NCBI GenBank assembly: GCA_963825135.1
Contig: CAWGRW010000009.1
Span: 640,001-704,000, forward strand
DNA length: 64,000 bases
From: an uncultured bacterium
Lineage (GTDB): Bacteria; Desulfobacterota_D; UBA1144; Nemesobacterales; UBA2774
Direction of reading: 5' to 3'
Positions 53,312 to 63,054 of the stretch are shown here, one piece after another. Position numbers and translations under genes: made by a program. The notes below the pieces were generated by a model, which saw only the letters and a program-made list of their open reading frames with translations, was not told where the DNA came from and did not search any database. Each line of letters opens with the position of its first letter. Within the stretch, counting starts at the first letter, position 1.

Positions 53312-55144
53312 ATGGGAGATGAAAAGTGTTTAAAAGAGACCGGAACAGGATCGTCCGGTCAAAACAGATCCGGCATGAATACCGGGCCCGGGGAAACGGG
53401 ACGGGATAGAGATGCGGACTCGCCCGCCGCCGGATTCGGCAGAAGGGAATTTATAAAAAATGTGGGCAGGATTACCGCCGCGGGGATCGCTGTGAGCGGC
53501 ATCGGGTTGACGCCGCTCCTTGAGGGATGCAACGATACCGCGGACGGGCAGGAGTTTGATTGCGAGATCGGCCCCCAGACAGGCCCGGCGCGTGCGGACA
53601 GCGCATTTCAGGTCAGGGTCAATGCCGCCCGGTCCGAGAGGAACACAGGTGTTCCCGATCACCCCTGTAACGGGGACGAATCGATATACCCGAATAAAAT
53701 CGGCAATTACTCGAAGGGGCTCCCGCACAGCTCCATAGGCGAGGTCGACCTCGACGCTTACGAAGCCCTTATAGCGGCGATCACGACCGGGAAGTTCGAG
53801 GACTTCGAGCTTCTATCGATAAACGGTCACCTCGGATGTCCCGACCCGGCCCGCCGGCGGAGACTGGTTAACCCGCAGGCCGGATACGCTTTCGATCTCG
53901 AAGGGACCGATTCGCACCAGCTTTCGATGCGCGCGGCGCCGGCATTCGACAGCGCCGAGGAAGCGGCGGAGATGGCTGAGCTTTACTGGATGGCGCTCCT
54001 GCGCGACGTAAATTTCCTGAACTTTAACAGCAACCCGCTGGCCCTGGCGGCGGCTGACGATTTATCCGGTTTCTCCGACTTCCGCGGCCCGAAGGATAGC
54101 GGCGTAGTCACGGCCGGCACGCTTTTCAGGGACACATATCCCGGATGCACGGACGGCCCTTATATCTCGCAATTCCTCCTCAAGGACTGCCCCTTCGGGT
54201 CCCAGTTCGTGGACCAGCGTATCCAGACCACGACGGCCGTGGACTTCCTGACCGATTTCGACGCATGGCTCGACGTGCAGAACGGCTGCCAGCCCCTTTC
54301 GGGACAGACGCCGGGCGGTCTCGTCTTTTGCAGGAACGGGAGGGACCTTTCCCAGTACGTCCATATCGACGCCCTCTATCAGGCGTACTTCGTCGCATGC
54401 CTTATCCTGCTCTCAAACGGCGTACCCCTGAACATCGGCAACCCCTACGGGCAAACCCCGGACCCCGGCTCCGGCCGTCCGCTCCCCCCGGGCGTGCCGG
54501 GCGCGCTCGCCCAGGTCGGATTCGGGACGTTCGGCGTGCCGCACATACTCGCGCTTCTGACCGAGGTCTCGGCGCGCGCCTTAAAAGCGGTCTGGTACCA
54601 GAAGTGGCTTGTGCACCGCCGCCTGAGGCCGGAGGAATTCGGAGGGCACGTCGAGGTAATGCGCCTCGGCCTCGCGGATTATCCGGTAAACGGGGAGCTA
54701 TTCGATTCATCCGTGCTGGGCGCGGTGTCGGACAGAACGGGCAACTATTTACTGCCCGTCGCGTTCCCCGAAGGGTCCCCCATGCATACATCGTACGGCT
54801 CGGGACACTCCACGGTGGCCGGCGCCTGCGTTACCATACTGAAGGCATGGTTCGACGAATCGGCCGTTATTCAAGGCCCTCTTGTCCCGAGCGCGGACGG
54901 GACAACGCTAGTCCCGTATGAAGGGCCGCCCCTCACGGTAGGCGGAGAGCTCAACAAGCTCGCATCGAACATATCACAGGGACGAAATATTGCGGGGGTT
55001 CACTGGCGTACGGACGCAACGGAGGCGAATTTGCTCGGGGAGGCCGTAGCCATAAGCATATTGAGAGACCAGAGAGCGCTCTACAGCGAGCCCTTCGGAG
55101 GCTTTACGTTTACAAAGTTCGACGGCACGACCGTGACCGTGTGA
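53312..55144 (+). CDS. vanadium-dependent haloperoxidase
   Basis: KWLVHRRLRPE, HTSYGSGH, GRNIAGVHWRTD; Tat GRREFIK and lipobox LEGC. Confidence 0.88.
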   Translation: MGDEKCLKETGTGSSGQNRSGMNTGPGETGRDRDADSPAAGFGRREFIKNVGRITAAGIAVSGIGLTPLLEGCNDTADGQEFDCEIGPQTGPARADSAFQVRVNAARSERNTGVPDHPCNGDESIYPNKIGNYSKGLPHSSIGEVDLDAYEALIAAITTGKFEDFELLSINGHLGCPDPARRRRLVNPQAGYAFDLEGTDSHQLSMRAAPAFDSAEEAAEMAELYWMALLRDVNFLNFNSNPLALAAADDLSGFSDFRGPKDSGVVTAGTLFRDTYPGCTDGPYISQFLLKDCPFGSQFVDQRIQTTTAVDFLTDFDAWLDVQNGCQPLSGQTPGGLVFCRNGRDLSQYVHIDALYQAYFVACLILLSNGVPLNIGNPYGQTPDPGSGRPLPPGVPGALAQVGFGTFGVPHILALLTEVSARALKAVWYQKWLVHRRLRPEEFGGHVEVMRLGLADYPVNGELFDSSVLGAVSDRTGNYLLPVAFPEGSPMHTSYGSGHSTVAGACVTILKAWFDESAVIQGPLVPSADGTTLVPYEGPPLTVGGELNKLASNISQGRNIAGVHWRTDATEANLLGEAVAISILRDQRALYSEPFGGFTFTKFDGTTVTV

Positions 55145-55204
55145 GACGCGATGAAGACCTGGCCGTTAACCGGAGCGCCCCGCCTATGGCGGCCCGGACG
55201 CGGA

Positions 55205-55516
55205 TTAACTATACTTCTTGACGGCCTTTTCGATGTCTTTCGTCGCTTTTTTCAGGTCATCCGGGATCATCGCCGGGCGAATCTCGACACTGGCGTTGAA
55301 TGCGAGGAACCAGGGCTCAGCCAGCGACGGTATCTGTGAAGCGTCCTTCATGTCGAGGAAAATCAAGCCCGTCCTCTGGCCGTTCATCTCGACAAAATAT
55401 GCCGCTTCAGGCTTTTGTTCGGCGAGAATCGATGCAACCGTTTTACCCAGGCTGCCTTTCTTGGCCGCCTCGTTGCCGGCCTCGACAGGAATAGAAACCT
55501 TCATAAAAAACCGCAT
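55205..55516 (-). CDS. hypothetical protein (DUF3303/GYD-like)
   Basis: KPEAAYF...GQRTG...IPSLAEPWF pattern; GAGG RBS. Confidence 0.65.
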   Translation of the reverse strand: MRFFMKVSIPVEAGNEAAKKGSLGKTVASILAEQKPEAAYFVEMNGQRTGLIFLDMKDASQIPSLAEPWFLAFNASVEIRPAMIPDDLKKATKDIEKAVKKYS

Positions 55517-55636
55517 GGAGCACCTCTTTAAGTTTTATTTGTAGTGATAGTATTCCACTATAGGCAGTCAAGTACAACGAAAATTTTGGTACGGCGCGAA
55601 AGCGCTAACACGCTTGCTTACGCTATTTCGTTTTTA

Positions 55637-55860
55637 TCATTCGTCCGGCTTGGATACCGCGTTCTTAAGGGCGTCTGGTGTTGGGTGCGAATAACGCATG
55701 TTCATCTGGATTGAGGAGTGTCCAAGAAGTTTGGACACGGCCGCCAAATCGACTCCGGAGAGGGCCGGTAGAGGGGCGAATGTGTGTCTAAAGTCATGAG
55801 ATCGAGGATTTTTAATGCCTGCCCGATTACCGGGGTTTTTAAATGCGGTCCGAATAACAT
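55637..55860 (-). pseudogene. tyrosine integrase C-terminal remnant
   Basis: RSHDFRHTFA...VSKLLGHSSIQMNMRYSH directly downstream of tRNA-Leu(CAA); N-terminus missing. Confidence 0.82.
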
Positions 55861-55908
55861 TTGGGAATTTAAACCAAAGAGTAAAAACCTTCGTATTATC
55901 CCAAAGAA

Positions 55909-55992
55909 TGGGCAGGGAGGGAGTCGAACCCTCACGAGCGTGAGCCCAACGACTTTTGAGGCCGTCGCGTCTGCCGGTTCCGCCACCTGCCC
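55909..55992 (-). tRNA. tRNA-Leu(CAA)
   Basis: GGGCAGG/CCTGCCC acceptor, ACGGC-CT-CAA-AA-GTCGT arm, long variable arm; CCA not encoded. Confidence 0.94.
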
Positions 55993-56157
55993 TTTTTAGT
56001 GGGAACATTATTATTCTCTGCAATATAAAAAGAATCAATAGGACGAGAACGGGAACGGGCGCTCGCGGACGAGGGTTGACATCAGATACTCTTCATGTAA
56101 CATAACGTTTTTATTTACTTTTATTTTGCTTTTTAATAAGCGAAGGAGAATTCCACG

Positions 56158-57177
56158 ATGATAGTCGTAATGAAAAGCGGCGCTTCCAAGGAGCAGATTC
56201 AAAAGGCGGTATCCACGCTTGACGAGCTCGGATACAAGGCGCACCTGATAGAAGGGATATTAAGGACCGTCATAGGAGCGGTAGGGGACGAGAGGGGCAA
56301 GCCCCAGGACGTAGAAACGCTCAGCGTTCTCGAAGGGGTCGAAAAAGTCGTCCCCATACTCCAGCCCTATAAGATCGCTAGCCGCGATTTCAAGGCGGAA
56401 GACACGCATTTCACAATCGGCAATACCGTAGTCGGAGATACTAAAATCCCCGTGATCGCGGGGCCGTGCTCGGTGGAGAACGAAGAGCAGATAATGGAAA
56501 TTGCAAAAGCCGTAAAAGCGTCGGGGGCGAGCATGCTGAGGGGCGGCGCTTACAAGCCGAGGACATCGCCGTATGCCTTTCAGGGAATGGGTGTCGAGGG
56601 GCTTAAGCTGCTCGCGAAGGCGAGAGAGCTCACGGGGCTTCCGATAGTCACCGAGATCCTCGACTCGCATGACCTGGACGCTGTAGTAGAATATGCCGAC
56701 GTCCTTCAGATAGGAGCGAGGAACTCCCAGAACTACGCCCTTTTAAAACAGGTGGGGAAATCAAAAAAACCGGTGCTGCTTAAACGGGGAATGGCGACGA
56801 CGATCATGGAATTCCTGATGTGCGCGGAATATATACTCTCGGAGGGCAATGAAAAGGTCATACTATGCGAGAGGGGAATCAGGACGTTCGAGACAGCGAC
56901 CAGGAATACTTTTGACCTGAACGCCATACCGGTGCTGAAAGAAAAGACTCACCTTCCGGTATTCGCAGACCCGAGCCACGGGACCGGCTACTGGCAGTAT
57001 GTGACGCCCATGGCGCTCGCGGCGATAGCCGCCGGGGCGGACGGGCTCATAATCGAGGTGCATAACAACCCGGCTGTCGCCATCAGCGACGGCGGACAGT
57101 CGCTCAAGCCTAAAAAGTTTTCTATTCTGATGGAAAAGGCCGCCCCTGTGGCGCGCGCGGTCGGAAGGGAAATATAA
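56158..57177 (+). CDS. aroF: DAHP synthase, type I-beta with N-terminal regulatory domain
   Basis: [38 protein letters not shown]. Confidence 0.93.
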   Translation: MIVVMKSGASKEQIQKAVSTLDELGYKAHLIEGILRTVIGAVGDERGKPQDVETLSVLEGVEKVVPILQPYKIASRDFKAEDTHFTIGNTVVGDTKIPVIAGPCSVENEEQIMEIAKAVKASGASMLRGGAYKPRTSPYAFQGMGVEGLKLLAKARELTGLPIVTEILDSHDLDAVVEYADVLQIGARNSQNYALLKQVGKSKKPVLLKRGMATTIMEFLMCAEYILSEGNEKVILCERGIRTFETATRNTFDLNAIPVLKEKTHLPVFADPSHGTGYWQYVTPMALAAIAAGADGLIIEVHNNPAVAISDGGQSLKPKKFSILMEKAAPVARAVGREI

Positions 57178-57181
57178 GGGA

Positions 57182-57784
57182 TTAATTTACCGCGAGCACC
57201 CTCCTGCCCTCAATCCTGAATTTACCTGAAGCGATAAGTTTTAAAGCCTCCGGATAGATTCTGTGCTCCTCTTTGTGTATCCGCTCAAGCAGGCTCTCTT
57301 CATCGTCGTCGTCCCGTACGGGCACGACGGCCTGAAGTATAGTCGGGCCGGTATCGACCCCTTCGTCCACGAAATGAACCGTGCATCCCGAGAACTTCAC
57401 GCCGCTCTCGAGCGCCTGCCTCGCAGCGTGCATCCCCGGAAACAAAGGGAGAAGGGCGGGATGGATGTTCAGGATCCTGTTTTTATATGCCTTCACAAAA
57501 TATGGTGAGAGTATCCTCATAAACCCCGCGAGCGCTATCAGATCGACGCCGTACGGTTCGAGCAGCTCGAGGACGCGCTTATCATATTCCTCCCTGCCCG
57601 AATAATCCCTGTGATCCGCGATCTCGAAGGGGATGCCGTGCTTCTTCGCCCGCTCGAGCGCATAGGCGTCGGGATTATTGCTCAGCACGAGCGCAATTTC
57701 GACGTTCGGAATCCCTGCGTCTATGATCGCCTGGAGATTAGTGCCGCTGCCCGAAACGAACACGGCGAGCCTTGTTTTCCTCAC
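57182..57784 (-). CDS. purN: phosphoribosylglycinamide formyltransferase
   Basis: SGSGTNLQA, LAGFMRIL, NIHPALLP, GCTVHFV. Confidence 0.96.
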   Translation of the reverse strand: MRKTRLAVFVSGSGTNLQAIIDAGIPNVEIALVLSNNPDAYALERAKKHGIPFEIADHRDYSGREEYDKRVLELLEPYGVDLIALAGFMRILSPYFVKAYKNRILNIHPALLPLFPGMHAARQALESGVKFSGCTVHFVDEGVDTGPTILQAVVPVRDDDDEESLLERIHKEEHRIYPEALKLIASGKFRIEGRRVLAVN

Positions 57785-57942
57785 GGAATTACCTCACCCG
57801 GACTAGAGAATGAAGACCTGGAAAAATAGTACATAAGAGGCTCGAACAAAACAAACAGAGCCCGGCCCGGCGGCCCGACGATAAAATACCGGCCGCGCAA
57901 TTTTGCTATGTTCGGGGGGATCAAAAAGGGCAAAAAAAAAGA

Positions 57943-58061
57943 ACCAAGGCAGCTTCCTACTTTCCCACTCCCGTACAGGAGCAGTATCATCGGCCTCGAA
58001 GAGCTTAACTTCCGGGTTCGGAATGGGACCGGGTGTGACCTCTTCAGTATTACCACCTAGA
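57943..58061 (-). rRNA. rrf: 5S rRNA, stand-alone
   Basis: CACACCCGGTCCCATTCCGAACCCGGAAGTTAAG...GGGAAAGTAGG; ends approximate. Confidence 0.95.
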
Positions 58062-58072
58062 TTCCGGGATAT

Positions 58073-58100
58073 AATTTACACAAGATTTTATACGTGTCAA
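58073..58100 (-). promoter_or_regulatory. promoter of the stand-alone 5S gene
   Basis: TTGACA-16-TAAATT about 12 nt before the 5S start. Confidence 0.7.
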
Positions 58101-58152
58101 GAACCGGAGTTGAATCACGGCTCTAAAGATGATTTAATTCTAACAGACGGCC

Positions 58153-59010
58153 ATGGATGAGTTATTAAAGGGGTTTATAGCCTCGCTTAACAGAAGGGAG
58201 ACCACCAGGGACACCTACCGAAAGGCCCTCGGCGAGTATTCTAAATGGCTCGGGGGAGCCTCTCCCCTGGCAATCGAATCAAACGACATACAACGGTATA
58301 AGGATTACATCGTCTCAAAAAATTTGTCCCCCGCCTCCATGTCGGCATACCTCACAGCAGTGAGGAGGTTCTACGTATACCTCCTTTCCGCGGGCCGGAT
58401 AAAGGAAAACCCGGCAAGCAGGATAAAGGGCGCCCCCCGGCCCAGAAGGCACCTGACGGACCCGATTTCACGAAGAGAGGTCGAGAGGCTCATTTACGCG
58501 GCCGACGCATCAAGCCCCCTCGGACGGAGGGACGGGGCGATTCTCAACCTGATGGTCAGATCGGGGTTGAGCGAGATAGAGATAGTAAGGTCGAATCTCG
58601 GGGATTTGAAATACAGAGGCGGGAAAAGGGTAATTTATGTCCAGGGAAAGAGCAGGGACAGGAAGGACGAATACGTCGTACTGAGCGGGCCAGTCGAGGA
58701 ATCGCTCAGGGTTTATCTTGAAGAAAGAGGGGCATCGGGCCCGGACGAGCCGCTATTCTGGGGGGTAGGCAACAGGGCGGTGAGAGAGAGGATATCCACG
58801 AGGGGGTTGAGAGCGCGGATAAGCCGCTATTTCGAGATCGCCGGAATCAAGAAGAAAGGGATAACACCCGCGAGTCTCAGGCACACGGCGGCGATGCTCG
58901 CGATAGAAGACGGGGCCACCGTTTCCGAGATACAGCGAATGCTCAGGCTCGGAACCACCGAATCCGCCATACAGTATTTCGAGGAAGCAAGGGAATTGAC
59001 GAGGAAGTAA
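58153..59010 (+). CDS. tyrosine recombinase/integrase family protein with degenerate active site
   Basis: SAM-like N-domain, RDGAILNLM, QGK, SLRHT, QY; catalytic R, H and H are replaced. Confidence 0.85.
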   Translation: MDELLKGFIASLNRRETTRDTYRKALGEYSKWLGGASPLAIESNDIQRYKDYIVSKNLSPASMSAYLTAVRRFYVYLLSAGRIKENPASRIKGAPRPRRHLTDPISRREVERLIYAADASSPLGRRDGAILNLMVRSGLSEIEIVRSNLGDLKYRGGKRVIYVQGKSRDRKDEYVVLSGPVEESLRVYLEERGASGPDEPLFWGVGNRAVRERISTRGLRARISRYFEIAGIKKKGITPASLRHTAAMLAIEDGATVSEIQRMLRLGTTESAIQYFEEARELTRK

Positions 59011-59057
59011 TATGATTTGATCCGACGCCGCGCAGCCCGGGGAAACGCGCTCACGGA

Positions 59058-60648
59058 TTAAGCCTTTTCGAGATAGCTCTTAATAGGATAGACCCTTCCG
59101 GCCCTTTTTAATTTCTTTATCGCTTTCACTTCGATCTGCCTTATCCTCTCGCGCGTCACCTTGAATTCGTGCCCGACCTCTTCGAGCGTATGCTCCTTTT
59201 CATCGTCTATGCCGAAACGGAGCCTCACGATACTTTCCTCCCTCGTATTCAGCACGGAAGAGAGGGCGTTGTTGATTATCTCCTTGAGCTCGCTCATCTC
59301 GAGGACCTTTACAGGCGAAGTCGTATTCGAGTCCTCGATGAGGTCGACGAGCTTGCTGTCCTCCTCGTCCCCTATCGGGGTCTCGAGAGAGATCGGGTCT
59401 TTCGAAATCTTGAGCACGCGCGCGACCTTGTCGGACTGCATGCCCACCTTCTCCGCTATCTCTTCGGGAAGCGGTTCGCGCCCCAGGTCCTGAACCAGGA
59501 GCCTCGAGGTCCTGACTATCCGGTTTATGGTTTCCGTCATATGGACCGGTATCCTGATAATCCTCGACTGGTCGGCAAGGGATCTGGTTATCGCCTGCCG
59601 TATCCACCAGGTCGCATAAGTGGAAAACTTGTATCCCCTGTTGTATTCGAATTTTTCGACTGCCCTCATCAGGCCCATATTGCCTTCCTGGATGAGGTCG
59701 AGGAACGGGAGACCCCGGTTTATGTAACGCCTGGCAATGCTTACTACGAGACGCAGGTTGGACTCTATCAGCTTCCTCCTCGCCCTGTGCGTCATCTGCT
59801 CCCCGAACTCCAATCTCCTGAGCGATTTCTTTAGCAGTCCGGTGTCCGTATCCGAATCGTCAAAGAACTCCTCCATGGTTCCCTTGAGGGCTTTCTTGGC
59901 TTTCGACAACGCGGACTTCTTCTTATGGCTCAGAACCTCCAATTCGCGCCTGAGCTTCTCGATCCTGTCGATATAACCCTTGGCGACGGAGAGTATCCTT
60001 TCCATCTGAGTCCCGTTCAGGTTTATATCTTCAAGGTAGCCCAGCATTTTATCGTTATTCTTCTTTATCCTCTCAAGAGTGACCTTCTTCTTTTCTGATG
60101 GAAGCGGAGACGAGCTCTTTTTTTGCGAGCTCGTTGTCCTCGTTTAATTTATTTATCGCTATCAAAGAATTCCTTATCCCCAGCTGAACCTCTTCCTCGA
60201 CGGCATTGTCCGCGTCATCCAGGGAATTCGTTATGTCCCTTACGTTCAGGCTCCCTTTCTGAAGCTCGTCTCCCAGCCTTATTATCTCTTTTAACATCAA
60301 TGAAGAACCCAGGATAGCTTTGGCGACGATCCTTTTACCCGTCTCGATTTCTTTCGCTATTCTTATTTCCTGCTCCCTCGAAAGCAGGGAATGGTCCGCT
60401 ATTTCGTGGAGGTAAAACCTGATCAGGTCGTATTCGTTCGTATTATCTTTTGCATCATTCAGACCGAATCCGTATTTGACCGTGGTTTCCTGAACTTCCT
60501 CGTCCGTGAACTCCACGTCGTCCTGCTCCTCGGCGAAAATGACGTCGTCCTCGATCTTGTCTTCTTTCGCGGACTCTATAACCGGACCGGGGTCGATGTC
60601 GTCATTGGCGATCCTGATTTGAAAGCCGCTCTTCTTTTTGTTTCTCAT
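59058..60648 (-). CDS. rpoD: RNA polymerase sigma factor RpoD; +1 frameshift near 60090-60112 as given
   Basis: Region 1.2 ([17 protein letters not shown]) in one frame; regions 2-4 ([28 protein letters not shown]) in the next; follows dnaG. Confidence 0.9.
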
Positions 60649-60667
60649 AGGGTCTCCCCTCTTCCGG

Positions 60668-62407
60668 TTATTTTTGTTTCATTAAATCCGTATATTCGGT
60701 CAGCAGACGTTTTTCGAGCTCAAAATTTTTACTTTTGACGGCATCATTCAGCCTGAGCCTCAGCGTCTTTAATTGCTCGTCCACCCTGGCGAGCTTCAAT
60801 TTCCCTAAACAGCTCTCGATCATTTTGACCGCGGTTTCCCTGTCGGAGATTCCCGGAGAAGACATGAGCGCTTCGGAAATGAGGCTCTGCGCCGCACTGC
60901 CCTGAAACAAGAGGAAAAGAGACGACATGTCGTGAACGCCGTTTATTACGATCTCTTCGAGAATCGACCTGACCTCAGGGTTCGTAACATACCCCTCCAG
61001 GTCCTCAGCCGCGATATTCGAGGAGAGATCCGGGAATTTGAGGAAAATATTGAGCAGCAGCTTTTCATGGTTGTTATGGACCTTTACAGCCTTAGTCCCG
61101 CCGGTCTTTCCCCGCCCCCTTCCGAGTCTGACGAGCGACAGCACTTCATTTTCCCCGAGCCCGAGCTTCTCGGCGGTCTTTCTTATAAAGCTGCTCCTGA
61201 GTATCGGGTCATTAACCTTAATCAGCACGTCGGCTATCTCTTTCACGCCGCTGTTTAAAGTGATTTCCCCGCGCCGATAATCTCCTATGGTGTTATCGAT
61301 GTAGAAATCGAGCAGCGAGGGAGATTCGTCCAGCAGTCTCTCGAATTCCCCTCTTCCCCTGACCGCGAGGAACGAGTCGGGGTCATTGCCCTCCGGAAGC
61401 AGCACCACGCTCGGGAGCAGCCCCTCTTCGAGAAAAACATCGAGCGACCTTACGGCGGCTTTTACGCCCGAATCATCGCCGTCGAAAACGACCACTATCC
61501 TGTCGGTATATCTCCTGAGCGTGACCACGTGGTCTCTCGTCAGCGACGTCCCCAGGGTCGCGACAACGTTTTTAACGCCGGCTGAGTAGAGGGACAGGAA
61601 ATCCGTATACCCCTCGACGATTATCGCCCTTTTATTTTTTCTGATGTGGTCCTTCGACCTGTCGAGCCCGTAGAAGTTCTTTCTCTTTTGATAGATCTCC
61701 GATTCGGGGGAATTGATATATTTAGGCTCGTCGCTTTCATTGATCCTTCTTCCGCCGAAGCCTATTATTTTTCCCTCCACGTTGGCGATCGGGAAAATAA
61801 TCCTGTTCCGGAATCTGTCATAGTATCCGTCGCCGCTGTTTTTCTTGACGACGAGGCCGATCTTCTCGGCCAGCGAAAGGGGGATATTATGCTTCGATAA
61901 ATATGTTACTAGATTGTCCCAGCCGTCCGGGGCGTAGCCCAGCTTGAACTCCTCTACAACCTGAGAGGGAATATTCCTTCCTTCCAGATAGAGCCTGGCC
62001 GAGTTGCCCTTACGGCTCTCGAGCAACGACCTGTGATAAAATCCGGACACGGCCGAATTTATTTTTAAAAAATTTCCGGTCTGTGACTTGCCTTTAACGG
62101 CGGGTGTGCTTTTTTCGATAGTGATGTTCGCGCGCTTGGCGAGGTCTGAAACCGCTTCGGGAAATGTAAGACCGTTATACCTCATGTAAAACCCCAGCAT
62201 GTCGCCCCCCGCGCCGCAGCTGAAACAATGGAACAGGCCTTTTTCCTCGTCTACGTGCATCGATGGGTTATGGTCGTCGTGAAAAGGGCAAAGGGCTACA
62301 AAACCCTTCCCCGTCTTTTTAATAGATGTGTAACCTTCAATGAGGTTAATAATGCTCAACCTCCTCTTTATTTCTTTAACGAGGAAATCATTGTTAAAAT
62401 TTACCAT
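60668..62407 (-). CDS. dnaG: DNA primase
   Basis: CPFHDDHNPS..CFSC, RFRNRIIFPI, PKYINSPE, VEGYTD, FDGD. Confidence 0.96.
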   Translation of the reverse strand: MVNFNNDFLVKEIKRRLSIINLIEGYTSIKKTGKGFVALCPFHDDHNPSMHVDEEKGLFHCFSCGAGGDMLGFYMRYNGLTFPEAVSDLAKRANITIEKSTPAVKGKSQTGNFLKINSAVSGFYHRSLLESRKGNSARLYLEGRNIPSQVVEEFKLGYAPDGWDNLVTYLSKHNIPLSLAEKIGLVVKKNSGDGYYDRFRNRIIFPIANVEGKIIGFGGRRINESDEPKYINSPESEIYQKRKNFYGLDRSKDHIRKNKRAIIVEGYTDFLSLYSAGVKNVVATLGTSLTRDHVVTLRRYTDRIVVVFDGDDSGVKAAVRSLDVFLEEGLLPSVVLLPEGNDPDSFLAVRGRGEFERLLDESPSLLDFYIDNTIGDYRRGEITLNSGVKEIADVLIKVNDPILRSSFIRKTAEKLGLGENEVLSLVRLGRGRGKTGGTKAVKVHNNHEKLLLNIFLKFPDLSSNIAAEDLEGYVTNPEVRSILEEIVINGVHDMSSLFLLFQGSAAQSLISEALMSSPGISDRETAVKMIESCLGKLKLARVDEQLKTLRLRLNDAVKSKNFELEKRLLTEYTDLMKQK

Positions 62408-62541
62408 CTATCGACAATTCAAATTTTAAAGTGAACCTAGGATTCTCAAAGGAAAGGGCCCCAGCCCCGAATTCACGGAATATAGAATACAAAGTAGTGT
62501 CCCCCTACCGGTATTTATATATGTATTACTAAATAATAATG

Positions 62542-62733
62542 CTAGTTTTTTCTGATACGTTTTATTACGCGCTTCTTGGCGGCGAAAAGTTTTTTCTTCT
62601 TCCGCTCGCTCGGTTTTTCGTAATGTTCTCTCCTCCTTACTTCGGACAACACCCCTCCCTTCTCGACCTGCTTTTTAAACCTTTTAAGCGCGCTGTCTAT
62701 GCTTTCGTTGTTTCCGACCACAATTCCTGGCAT
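62542..62733 (-). CDS. rpsU: 30S ribosomal protein S21
   Basis: [12 protein letters not shown]...[10 protein letters not shown]. Confidence 0.96.
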   Translation of the reverse strand: MPGIVVGNNESIDSALKRFKKQVEKGGVLSEVRRREHYEKPSERKKKKLFAAKKRVIKRIRKN

Positions 62734-62825
62734 TAATAAACTCCTCCCGATTTTTTATACGAGCCCTGAATAGAACAAATTAAAGGATTAGCAATAAATT
62801 GTCAAGTACACTGGGTACTTCCAAT

Positions 62826-63011
62826 TCACCGGTCCTTGTTTTTATCCGCTTTATTAAAAAACACCCCAAAATTCCTCATGTTTTCCTTTATCCTCTTTTC
62901 TTCCTCGGCCGGGTCCAGCCCCTCTCGCGCGTTTTCATCCTCCTGCCGATGCTCTTCAAACCTCTTCATCCATGAATCACGCTTTTTACGCACATCATCA
63001 ACGAGTCCCAT
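62826..63011 (-). CDS. small charged hypothetical protein
   Basis: 61 aa ORF with AGGAGAGG RBS, fills the gap on the operon strand. Confidence 0.55.
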   Translation of the reverse strand: MGLVDDVRKKRDSWMKRFEEHRQEDENAREGLDPAEEEKRIKENMRNFGVFFNKADKNKDR

Positions 63012-63054
63012 ACTATATCCTCTCCTTGAAATAGAATAACACAGGTATTAAGAC

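Noticed and set aside
58153..59010. Recombinase as the driver of the IPTL array or of 5S relocation
   Set aside because: About 30 kb from the array, catalytically degenerate, and no shared sites seen
60073..60120. Programmed frameshift or truly split rpoD
   Set aside because: No convincing slippery site or stimulator, and several unrelated genes show the same +1 defect, which favours assembly error
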